Position numbers and translations under genes: made by a program. From positions 1 to 64,000 of the IMG/VR virus record IMGVR_UViG_3300010163_001518: a stretch of 64,000 nt of DNA; one strand, 5' to 3'. A model generated the notes under the pieces. The model was not told the origin of the DNA and made no database searches. It saw nothing but the letters and a program-made list of their open reading frames with translations. Source of the stretch: a virus. Its lineage: Duplodnaviria; Caudoviricetes. This document shows, one piece after another, positions 1 to 7,956 of this stretch. Every line of letters begins with the position of its first letter. Position 1 is the first letter of the stretch.

Positions 1-974
1 GAGTTGGTGCGGGTGAACGTCCACGTCCGGGTCGCCGTTCCGCCCTGCCCGTCCGTGACGACGACCTTGACCGTGTGCTTGCCGAGGCTCAATTCATCGA
101 CCGGGACGAGGATGCTATTTTTCGATTTTCGCGTCGGGGCGAACGACTTCGTCGTTCGCCCATCGAGCGACTCCGTCGCCGTCAAGACGTCGCCGGAGTC
201 GGAGTCGTCCACGGTGTACTCTATTGTAAAATTGCTGTTCTTATCGCCCAAATCGCGATCTGTGTCAGAGATCAGAGGGTCAGTGTTCAGGACTTCAAGG
301 ACGGGGCGGAAACCGACAAGGACGTTCCGAGAGGACGCCGAAGAGTTGAGCCAGTAGCGGGCCGAACCGTACCCACGGTACGCCCGGAGCGCCGCGTTCG
401 CGGCGTAGGTCTCCTGACACCAGGAATAGACATAGAGCCAGTTCCAGAACTGATTATGAGCGGATGTCACGTCGGTCGCGTTTTGGCTCGTGTCGAGGTC
501 GGAGGATAGCGGGGCCGGGAGCCCGGTGATGACCTCCTCACGGGTGATGAACCTGTCCCACTCGTTATTGGTGGGCGTTCCGCCCGCGTAGGCGTCCGAG
601 GTGTTGCGGTAGTTGCTGCCGCCCGTGAGGAGGCGACATTTGTATTTTGCCCCGTCGATGGTGACGGTCTTCCCCGTGACGTAGCCCTGCCCGTTGAGGT
701 CGTCCCACGAGACAGAGACGAGGATGACCCGGTCGCAAATGAGGAGGATTTTGTCGCCGTCCTTGATCTTGTGCCATTGGAGCTTGTTCGCGGCGGCGGC
801 GGGCGTGTCGCCGATGGTGTAGTTCGCCATGCTGCCGGACATCTGCGGGATGTCGCCGTTGCCCGACGCGCCCGTGGGCGTCGAGTCAGGCCGCCACGGC
901 CTGACGGGCCGCTTGAGGATTGTGCCGTTGTTGTAAAACCCGCCGAGCTGCACGGTTCCGAGATATTGCGCCAT
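1..974 (-). CDS. DGR target protein (5' part; runs off window): C-type-lectin-like variable domain followed by an Ig-like domain; probable receptor-binding protein
   Basis: Translated by hand, absent from ORF track. ATG at 974 after GGAG; MAQYLGTVQLGGFYNNG...SWCQETYAANAALRAYRGYGSARYWLNSSASSRNVLVGFRPVLEVLNTDP...LGKHTVKVVVTDGQGGTATRTWTFTRTN, open to position 1. Confidence 0.9.
   Translation of the reverse strand, partial: MAQYLGTVQLGGFYNNGTILKRPVRPWRPDSTPTGASGNGDIPQMSGSMANYTIGDTPAAAANKLQWHKIKDGDKILLICDRVILVSVSWDDLNGQGYVTGKTVTIDGAKYKCRLLTGGSNYRNTSDAYAGGTPTNNEWDRFITREEVITGLPAPLSSDLDTSQNATDVTSAHNQFWNWLYVYSWCQETYAANAALRAYRGYGSARYWLNSSASSRNVLVGFRPVLEVLNTDPLISDTDRDLGDKNSNFTIEYTVDDSDSGDVLTATESLDGRTTKSFAPTRKSKNSILVPVDELSLGKHTVKVVVTDGQGGTATRTWTFTRTN
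302..395 (-). repeat. DGR variable repeat (VR), ending in GC-rich IMH-like GTCGGTTTCCGCCCCG
   Basis: 94-nt ungapped match to 2365-2458 with 14 mismatches, all at TR adenines. Confidence 0.97.
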
Positions 975-2154
975 AAGGGAGCACTCCTTCCACATTGATG
1001 AAGCGGTAGGGCGCGAATATCTTCTTCGCGAGATTGTAGGCGCTCGCCCAGCGGGCAAAGCCGAGCCAGGAGTTGACCTCCTGCACGATCGCCGCCCGCG
1101 TCTTCTTGCCTTCTTTCAGCTTCGCGATCATGGCCTTGATCTTCCGCTTTTCCTTCCGCTTGGACTCGGTTCGGAGCTCGAGATGGGTCGCCTTGATCTT
1201 GTAGCCGTAGGCGTTCACGCCCTGCCGCACATAGAATATTTTGGTCTTGCTGTTGAGGTCGAGATGCAGCCGTTCCTTGATGAACTGCCTGATCTTAGCA
1301 AGCCACTCCCTCGCGGTCTCTTTGTTCGGCGCGATTATGACGACGTCGTCGGCGTAGCGCGTGTAGAGCTTCGCTCCGAGGAAGCGGATGCAGTATTGAT
1401 CGAGCTCGTTGAGGGTGATGTTTGCGAAGTCCTGGGAGCTGACGTTCCCGAGTGGGACGCCCGTCTCTCCCTCCGGGCTCGAGTCGATCACTTTGCAAAG
1501 AAGCCGATAGAAGCGGAGGAGGTCTTCGTAGAGCTCCGGGTGCTTCTTCTTTAGCTTCTTGAACCGCTTCGCGATGAGCTTCTTGAGAAGTTGGCGGTCG
1601 ATTGAGTAGAAGAACTTCTTGACGTCGATCTTTATGACGGCGGCATCGTCGCCCCACTTCATGCGGGCGACTCTCATGTCATGCTGCACGTTGAACGCGG
1701 CCCGGATGGGCCCCTTCCCGTAAAGACAGGCGAAGGAGCGGTCGACGAAGACGGGGCGGAAAATATCCTGTAGGGCCTCGTGGATGTCGACTTGTACGAT
1801 CTTGTCCCGGAGCTGCGGGATGTGGAGGCTCCGCTCCTTCGGCTCCGTGATCGTCTTGTGACGATACGGGCCGGGCTTGTATTCCTTCGTCTTCGAGTCG
1901 GTGCTCGGCCTGGGCCCTATCCGTTTGAGCTCCCGCCATAGTTCGACATTGTTGACTTCGGAGAGGAGGTCGTAGTTGACCGCCTCCCGCGTGTATTTCC
2001 TTTGACCCCGGAGCGCGGTCTTGTAGCCGAGCTCGACCATGTCCCACCCGATGATCTGCTCGTAGGGGCGGAGGGGCTTGATTGGCGGGGTCTCGGGGTG
2101 CTTGACCTTTTTCGAGGTCTTCACTAAAATGGGGTACTTCGTCATGCGTGGCAT
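886..2154 (-). CDS. DGR reverse transcriptase
   Basis: 422 aa; GVPLGNVSSQDFAN and RYADD motifs, IKIDVKKFFYSID; adjacent to TR and avd. Confidence 0.96.
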   Translation of the reverse strand: MPRMTKYPILVKTSKKVKHPETPPIKPLRPYEQIIGWDMVELGYKTALRGQRKYTREAVNYDLLSEVNNVELWRELKRIGPRPSTDSKTKEYKPGPYRHKTITEPKERSLHIPQLRDKIVQVDIHEALQDIFRPVFVDRSFACLYGKGPIRAAFNVQHDMRVARMKWGDDAAVIKIDVKKFFYSIDRQLLKKLIAKRFKKLKKKHPELYEDLLRFYRLLCKVIDSSPEGETGVPLGNVSSQDFANITLNELDQYCIRFLGAKLYTRYADDVVIIAPNKETAREWLAKIRQFIKERLHLDLNSKTKIFYVRQGVNAYGYKIKATHLELRTESKRKEKRKIKAMIAKLKEGKKTRAAIVQEVNSWLGFARWASAYNLAKKIFAPYRFINVEGVLPYGAISRNRAARRVLQQRHNPQAARQAVAA

Positions 2155-2498
2155 CCTTTCCAGTTAGAACGGCTTGGCACTACAGACGCGGACTTCTGTC
2201 CACATTGTAGACGTCGGCTCCGCCTCCCCATACGAAGGGGCGGGCAGGGCTTAGTCACTGTTTTTACGCCGTCATAGACAAGGCGAAGGATTACCTCTCC
2301 CTTGAAGTATAACAAGGACGCGCACTTGAAGCCGTAGCCGCAAATGACGCAAAAACCTACAAGGCGGGGCGGAAACCGACATTGACGTTCCGATTGGACG
2401 CCGAATTGTTGTTCCAGTTGCGGGCCGAATTGTACCCACGGTTCGCCCGGTTCGCCGCTCATCCAGAGATAACCCTACATAGGCGGATACTTTTTTAT
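2155..2498 (-). ncRNA. DGR RNA region (leader, TR, structured spacer) between avd and RT
   Basis: Non-coding interval containing TR; hairpins at 2180-2210 and 2220-2243. Confidence 0.7.
2365..2458 (-). repeat. DGR template repeat (TR)
   Basis: In the VR frame reads AANRANRGYNSARNWNNNSASNRNVNVGFRP with 10 AAY codons; 21 adenines. Confidence 0.97.
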
Positions 2499-2868
2499 TC
2501 AATTCCTCGGGGGCGGTGGATTGATGAAATACTTCTGCAAGCCTCCGATAATGCGCCCCAGTTCGTTGAGCTTCCCTTGCATCTCGAGGAGCTTCTTTTG
2601 CGTGATGTACTTCTGCGTCCGGGGCGACTCCAAAGAGCACGAGGAGGAGGGTCTTCTCGGCGTCCGCCTCGTCGAGCCATTCAAGCCGTCTTTTGACGAC
2701 CTTGAGATTGTTCACCATGACGGTGGCCCGGATGAGCTTATAGCACGATTGCTTGATCTCCTGCGACAGGGAAAACTTTTCGGCCTGGGGGAAGTTCTTT
2801 AGCAAGGGGTAGACGTCCTTCTCGAGGAAGATTTCAGCCTTCTTTTGAAGGATTGACGGCTCTGCCAT
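2499..2868 (-). pseudogene. avd: Accessory variability determinant Avd, with a +1 frameshift in the GGGG run at 2621-2624
   Basis: MAEPSILQKK...LKNFPQAEKFSLSQEIK...LLVLFGVA in one frame, RTQKYITQKK...ELGRIIGGLQK in another; removing one base gives a 122-aa ORF. Confidence 0.85.
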
Positions 2869-3151
2869 CGTATAAGCACCTCGCATTTCTTATGCGAGCG
2901 ATCTCCGTGATGTCCCCGAAGAACTCGAAGCCGTAGTCGGTGAGGCTTGCCTTTGCGGGCTCTCCCGTTGTGGTGCTGTGCCCTTCAATGGTGAGGTCGG
3001 CCTCTCCTTCGAGAGTGAGACCGCTCTCGGTTTGTAGGGCGAGCTTGTTGTCGGGCCGGGCCCGGCATCCTGCACACGCGGGACGAAGCTCACCGAAAAA
3101 GTTCCCGAGTATGCAGCTTGCTTCTTTTCGGGTGCAAGCGACCCTATACAT
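2834..3151 (-). CDS. Hypothetical protein (Cys-rich N-terminus) overlapping avd start
   Basis: MYRVACTRKEASCILG...; start overlaps the upstream stop region. Confidence 0.65.
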   Translation of the reverse strand: MYRVACTRKEASCILGNFFGELRPACAGCRARPDNKLALQTESGLTLEGEADLTIEGHSTTTGEPAKASLTDYGFEFFGDITEIARIRNARCLYDGRAVNPSKEG

Positions 3152-3455
3152 AGATTTTCCGCGCCACGGGGTCATAGACGCCGGAGATGATCGTTACCGA
3201 GTCCACGGAGTCAAAGTTTTTGAGAAAGACGTTGTTTACCATGTTGTTGAGCGTGGCGTCTTTCAAGACCTTGATCTCCTGCTGGGCGTCGGCGATCAAT
3301 CCCTCATGGAGAATGACGGCTTCGCGGTTCATGTAGATGCCGTCGTCCATGTGGTTCATGTTCGTCTGACTCACGGGCGTCCCTTCCTGGATGACCTCCC
3401 CCGTCGCGACATCCTCGACGTGGTCGACCCATCCGATTTTTTCGTAGGATTTCAT
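3144..3455 (-). CDS. Phage tail-associated hypothetical protein
   Basis: 103-aa ORF coupled to neighbours in the baseplate/tail cluster. Confidence 0.7.
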   Translation of the reverse strand: MKSYEKIGWVDHVEDVATGEVIQEGTPVSQTNMNHMDDGIYMNREAVILHEGLIADAQQEIKVLKDATLNNMVNNVFLKNFDSVDSVTIISGVYDPVARKIYV

Positions 3456-3775
3456 TTGACCTGTACCTCCATTTCTTTTTCAAGTATTTTGTATTTGAAG
3501 GCTACATATAGCCCCTTGCTCGGTGGCTTCTCGAAGACTCGGTCGGTCGCCGCGACGACGTCCCCGTCCGTGTCTACGAGCTGAACGTCTCCCACGGTGC
3601 CCGTGACCGTGTCGTCGAAGTAAATGTAGATTTTTACCCCGTCCGCCTCGACGAGACGCCGGAACGGCTCGACCGTCTTCGGCTCGCCGTTGAGTGTATA
3701 GGCCGCATGGTCGATAGAGTCGGCGAAGCGCCGCCCGATCTTCTCAATGCCGACCGCTGTGATTGTCTTGCTCAT
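3452..3775 (-). CDS. Phage tail/baseplate protein
   Basis: MSKTITAVGIEKIG...; overlapping start/stop; beta-rich. Confidence 0.65.
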   Translation of the reverse strand: MSKTITAVGIEKIGRRFADSIDHAAYTLNGEPKTVEPFRRLVEADGVKIYIYFDDTVTGTVGDVQLVDTDGDVVAATDRVFEKPPSKGLYVAFKYKILEKEMEVQVK

Positions 3776-4638
3776 GAGTCTCTTTCGCCTCCTGCCGTGT
3801 AGGTAGTCTCGGAGCAGCGGAGCCCCGGGGAACAGATAGGATGTTTTCGCCCGCCGACGTCTGCGATGGAGCCCGCCTCCACCTCGGAGGAGAAGCTCGC
3901 ATACATAGCGTAGGCGTAGGGCTGGTAGCACTTCTCGGAGGCCGCGATCGTGCCGATCTGCGGGAACTCCACCTCACCCGCGTCGTCGCCGCCCTGGGCC
4001 TCGACCTCACTCTTGAGGAGGTGCCCGATGCTTGCGATATGGGGCCAGACGCCGCAAACAATCTCATTACATCGCGGATAGTGGGAATAGCCGGATATGA
4101 GAGCGGAGTCGATCTCGATGATGTTCCCGGCCTCCGCGCCATAGGCGGGCTTGCTGCTGCCCTCCTTGACCTTGCAGACCTCGGCGTCGATCACGTTCAG
4201 ATCGTTGACGCCGCTCTGTTTCGAGCCCTTGAGGAAGACGATAAACTCGGCCCACCTCTCGGGGTCTTGGAAAGCGAAGGGCTCGATCGTGCTCTCCTCA
4301 TAGCCCAGGGCGGCGAGAGCATAGAGGACGCCCTCCTTGAGCCCGCCCTTCTCGGCGATGATGCCCTTCATGACGAGCCGTGTCCGATAGGCTTCGACGC
4401 TCTCCCCGGCGAGCCGGGGCATATTGCGATCTTGCCCGTGGACGGGGAGCATGGCGGGCGACGCCGTGGCGATGTTGGTCTCGTCCCTCACTCGAAGGGC
4501 GTCCTCCTTCAGCCCGTCAAAGACCCGCCCGATGACCTTGAAGAAGATGTAGAGCTGATTGACCGCCCGCTTGCCCTTTTTCAGCGGGGCGAAAAGGAGG
4601 TCGAACATATACTCGCCGAAGCGGTCGTACTGCTTCAC
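3772..4638 (-). CDS. Baseplate wedge/tail protein (P2 gpI-like position)
   Basis: Follows baseplate J; LPVHGQDRNMPRLAGESVEAYRTRL motif. Confidence 0.75.
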   Translation of the reverse strand: MKQYDRFGEYMFDLLFAPLKKGKRAVNQLYIFFKVIGRVFDGLKEDALRVRDETNIATASPAMLPVHGQDRNMPRLAGESVEAYRTRLVMKGIIAEKGGLKEGVLYALAALGYEESTIEPFAFQDPERWAEFIVFLKGSKQSGVNDLNVIDAEVCKVKEGSSKPAYGAEAGNIIEIDSALISGYSHYPRCNEIVCGVWPHIASIGHLLKSEVEAQGGDDAGEVEFPQIGTIAASEKCYQPYAYAMYASFSSEVEAGSIADVGGRKHPICSPGLRCSETTYTAGGERDS

Positions 4639-4645
4639 AAGCTGC

Positions 4646-5779
4646 TCACTCCCTTCTCACTGTCACGGTGACGGAGCCCAGGGTGATGACCTTGTCCTTG
4701 TCGAGCTTGACGTCCCGGGCCGGGGTGGCGATCTCGACGTTCGTCGAGGCCGTGTAGCCCTCACGAATGGCGTGATTGATGTCGGAGAGCGTGAGCTCGT
4801 AGAACTTGCGGCCCTTGCGGACGGCGAGGAGCTCGGTGAGGATAGAGGCGACCTTGCCCTCGACTTCCTTGTCATCGGAGACGTCGGTCGTTGTGACCGT
4901 GACCTCGATGTCTTGAGGAACGACGACGGAGGACTTCACCAGGATATTATCATACGGCCCGGCGATCTTGTCAACCGCGACCCGGACGGCGTCAAGGAGG
5001 CCCTCGGTGGCCTCGCCCGCCGTGCCTGTCACGATCACGTCGACCGTCCCTTGCCCCCGGGGGTGCTGACAGTCCGCTTGAGCGAACAGAACGCCGGGGA
5101 CGCCCTCCGCTGCGTTGATGAATGTGTCCTCGATGGGCCGGGCCGCGAGCTCCGACCACGAGCGGAGCGCCCGGGTCTTGAGGCCGTCGTCGTCCTCTGT
5201 GTCGCTGCCCTCCCGTGTTATCCAGTCCGGCCCGTTGGTGATCTCGTCCACGCCGTTGAGGAAGGTGAGGCTCCGGGTGATCTGCCCCTCGGGGACGTTG
5301 TACCGGGAGCCCTCCATCTCGGCCTCGACGAGGACGTCGACCGCCCGGGCCCCCTGTTGGAGAACCGCCGCTTCGAGAACGAAGAAGCGGAGCTCCTCGC
5401 CGTTGATGTCCTTCTTCGTCTTGAAGACGTGGCCCTTCTCGATCTTGACCGCGTCGGCCTCGGTGTCTATCCTGGACACGGTGACGAGGCCCCGGGCCTT
5501 CTGCGCCTTCTTGCGCTTTTTGGAGTAGTCCGCCGCCTTGAGGTCGAGCCACACGCCCGAGGCGTGAGTGATGAAGGCGTTGTTCAAAAAGCCCCGGAGG
5601 AATATCTTGAACTCCCTCTCAATGCGGAGGACGATCATGAGCAGCGTGTAGAAGACGCCGCCCGAGTGGAAGTTCGTGACGACGAAGCCTTCCTCCTTTA
5701 GTTCGGTGACGAGCTCGTCCCGGCGCTCCTCGATCTCCGGGAGTGGGAGAACTGCGTCGAGTGTGTTTTTGTCGATCAT
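4646..5779 (-). CDS. Baseplate J/gp47 family protein
   Basis: 377 aa; GSDTEDDDGLKTR, RGQGTVDVIV motifs. Confidence 0.9.
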   Translation of the reverse strand: MIDKNTLDAVLPLPEIEERRDELVTELKEEGFVVTNFHSGGVFYTLLMIVLRIEREFKIFLRGFLNNAFITHASGVWLDLKAADYSKKRKKAQKARGLVTVSRIDTEADAVKIEKGHVFKTKKDINGEELRFFVLEAAVLQQGARAVDVLVEAEMEGSRYNVPEGQITRSLTFLNGVDEITNGPDWITREGSDTEDDDGLKTRALRSWSELAARPIEDTFINAAEGVPGVLFAQADCQHPRGQGTVDVIVTGTAGEATEGLLDAVRVAVDKIAGPYDNILVKSSVVVPQDIEVTVTTTDVSDDKEVEGKVASILTELLAVRKGRKFYELTLSDINHAIREGYTASTNVEIATPARDVKLDKDKVITLGSVTVTVRRE

Positions 5780-6186
5780 GCTGCTTTCACCTCCACACTG
5801 ACCGCGCTAATGATAACCGTGAGCGCCCGGGCTTCCTCCTCCTCGTCGAAGCGGAAGGAGCAGCGAAGCACGAAGGCGTCGTCCTCGAAGTTGACCCCGA
5901 TCTGGATGCTCTCGGGGAGGATGACCTCGCGCTTTTGCAATCCGACCCGGGCCCGCTGCGCGATCTCAAGGCGGGTGAGCTCGTCGTCCTCGGACTGGAT
6001 GAAGTCGTAGAGCCCCCACCCGAAGGACAGGTCATAGAAAAGATCGCCCGGCTGCGTGAGCGCCTCGAGGATGATGTTCTGATAGAGGCACTCGAGGCCG
6101 GAGCATAGCGGGGCGTCGCCGTCTGCCGCCTGTGTGAGCTGCCACTCGTCCGAGAGGCGGATGTCTGTGTCATAGAGCCCCGTCAT
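5776..6186 (-). CDS. Baseplate wedge protein (gp25/gp46-like)
   Basis: 136 aa acidic protein directly upstream of J. Confidence 0.75.
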   Translation of the reverse strand: MTGLYDTDIRLSDEWQLTQAADGDAPLCSGLECLYQNIILEALTQPGDLFYDLSFGWGLYDFIQSEDDELTRLEIAQRARVGLQKREVILPESIQIGVNFEDDAFVLRCSFRFDEEEEARALTVIISAVSVEVKAA

Positions 6187-6542
6187 AGCTTCACCTCCCT
6201 AATGATCGCCGGGGTGTCCCCGTAGGCCATAGCGACGGAGACGAAGGCCCCGGTCTTGAGTTGTATCCGGGAGCGGATGTCGGGGAAGGTGGGGAAGGTG
6301 GTGTCGGGATTTCCCCATCGGTCGACGACTTGAAGGGTGTACTCATACCAGTGGGCGGTGATGTGGCCCCGGTAGCTCGTGCCCGTCTCGTCGTTGTGGA
6401 TGACGAGGTCGTCATAGGAGAACGTCTCGCCGAGCTGTGTCGCCTTCGTGACGACCGCGTAGAGCGCGGCGGGCGTCTTGAGGTGTGCGTAGTCCTGGGC
6501 GATGACCTTGTTGACGACCGCCTTCACCATTTCCTCGAGCAT
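6183..6542 (-). CDS. Baseplate spike-position protein
   Basis: MLEEMVKAVVNKVIAQDYAHL...; RBS AAGGGGG; synteny. Confidence 0.6.
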   Translation of the reverse strand: MLEEMVKAVVNKVIAQDYAHLKTPAALYAVVTKATQLGETFSYDDLVIHNDETGTSYRGHITAHWYEYTLQVVDRWGNPDTTFPTFPDIRSRIQLKTGAFVSVAMAYGDTPAIIREVKL

Positions 6543-6558
6543 GGTCTCGCCCCCTTTC

Positions 6559-7314
6559 TTAGAAATAAATCCTTGTGCGGATGAAGCCGTCGTCGTTGGT
6601 GGACGAGACGACCTTCGTGACCTCCTGCTCCCCGCTGATCTTCGGGTGTATGACGTTGATCTTGTGGGAGTGCCGGACGAACGGGGCGGAGACTGTCTCA
6701 AGTTCCCATGTGCCCCCGAGCCGGGCGAGGTTGATGATGTTGACGCCATACTCGAACGTATAGACTTTTTGCTGTTCGGGCTTCTCCCCCCAGTAGAAGA
6801 CGCCGCCCGAGAAGAAAAACCGCTTCTTGAGGTTCCATGCCGCATTGACGGCGTTGATCGCCTGGACGCCGGACATCTGCCGGATGGGGAGCTTCTTCCG
6901 TGTGGGGAAGCCTTGCGCGTTGAGCTTCTTCTTCGAGACCCCGGCCTGTGCGAGGACGTAGGAAATGACCTCTTGCGGGGTCGTGTCGAGGAAGGTGTTG
7001 TTGATCTGCGTGTCCTCGAGGAGCAGCATCTCGTCCTTGAGCGTGATCTCGTCCGCCCCGCCTCCGTAGTTATAGGGCCGGGCCACGAAGCCGGAGAAGA
7101 CCTCCTCCATGACGCCGTTGTAGCCGAGCTCGATCGAGGCGGCGTCCTTCCGGGCGAGGCTGATCTCCGGCTGGAATTGCTCGGTGAACTGTATCTTCGC
7201 CCAGTCAAAATATGAGGACTTCGCGGAGAATATCTCGAACCTGATGCCCGCGTCCATCGTATAGGGCCCGGCTCGGGCGGAGATTTGCGGATAGAATAAC
7301 TCGAGCGTTTCCAA
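6559..7314 (-). CDS. Baseplate hub protein (Mu gp44/late control D-like)
   Basis: 251 aa; synteny; ITLKDEMLLL and FFFSGGVFYWG segments. Confidence 0.7.
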   Translation of the reverse strand: METLELFYPQISARAGPYTMDAGIRFEIFSAKSSYFDWAKIQFTEQFQPEISLARKDAASIELGYNGVMEEVFSGFVARPYNYGGGADEITLKDEMLLLEDTQINNTFLDTTPQEVISYVLAQAGVSKKKLNAQGFPTRKKLPIRQMSGVQAINAVNAAWNLKKRFFFSGGVFYWGEKPEQQKVYTFEYGVNIINLARLGGTWELETVSAPFVRHSHKINVIHPKISGEQEVTKVVSSTNDDGFIRTRIYF

Positions 7315-7332
7315 AGCTCGACCGCCTCCTTC

Positions 7333-7938
7333 TTAGAATGGCATCGCGGCGACCTTCTGCAAGCCGGAGCTTGCGGCCCCGGTGACTCCGTCGCTCGCGG
7401 GCGACTTGCCCCGGCTCGTCTCAAGGTAGCTCGAGTAGTCGGCGGAGAGACCGCTCGAGGTCGCGCTCCCCGAGGAGCCGCCCGAAGAACTGCCGGAGGA
7501 GCTCCCCGAGGAGCTGTTCGCCTTCGTCGCCTTGATGGTCTGCGGGACGTACTCCCAAAACTCGAGGGAGACGGCGATCTGCTCCTTCTTCGCTTCGGCC
7601 TTGTGGGAGAAGCCTTTGAAAAGCACCTTGTCGATGCCGTGCTTCGCTGTGTCTTCACTGACAATGGGGATGGGCTGCGGGACGGTCTGCCCGGGCTTTC
7701 GGAAGATAGCCCGGACGATCTCAAGCGCCTCGTATTTTGTCCTCGAGGGGGTGTCGTCGAGAATGAGCTCGACGGTGATCTTCGCGTCCTCATAGCCGAC
7801 CGCTTGCTTCGGCTTCGCGGCGCTGCCCTCGACTTCCTGCTCGTCGATCTGTGCGGACTCCTTGACCTCGATGCTCTTGACAAGGCCAGGGAGGACGACG
7901 CCGTTCACTTTGACGAGTTGGTCTTCGACATAGATCAT
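7333..7938 (-). CDS. Tail tube initiator/baseplate protein
   Basis: Directly after TMP; Ser/Gly linker. Confidence 0.6.
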   Translation of the reverse strand: MIYVEDQLVKVNGVVLPGLVKSIEVKESAQIDEQEVEGSAAKPKQAVGYEDAKITVELILDDTPSRTKYEALEIVRAIFRKPGQTVPQPIPIVSEDTAKHGIDKVLFKGFSHKAEAKKEQIAVSLEFWEYVPQTIKATKANSSSGSSSGSSSGGSSGSATSSGLSADYSSYLETSRGKSPASDGVTGAASSGLQKVAAMPF

Positions 7939-7956
7939 AGCGTGTCCTCCCTTTCC

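Noticed and set aside
1750-1762. TTTCCGCCCCGTC inside the RT gene matches the VR IMH, suggesting a second VR
   Set aside because: Only 13 nt match (FRPV codons); the flanks do not align to TR.
886-2154. RT as a group II intron, retron or Abi RT
   Set aside because: No intron domain V/VI or maturase/endonuclease extension seen; the adjacent avd and an A-specific TR/VR pair identify a DGR.
7460-7520. Repetitive GAGGAGC/GGAG segment
   Set aside because: Encodes a Ser/Gly linker; not a CRISPR or VNTR.
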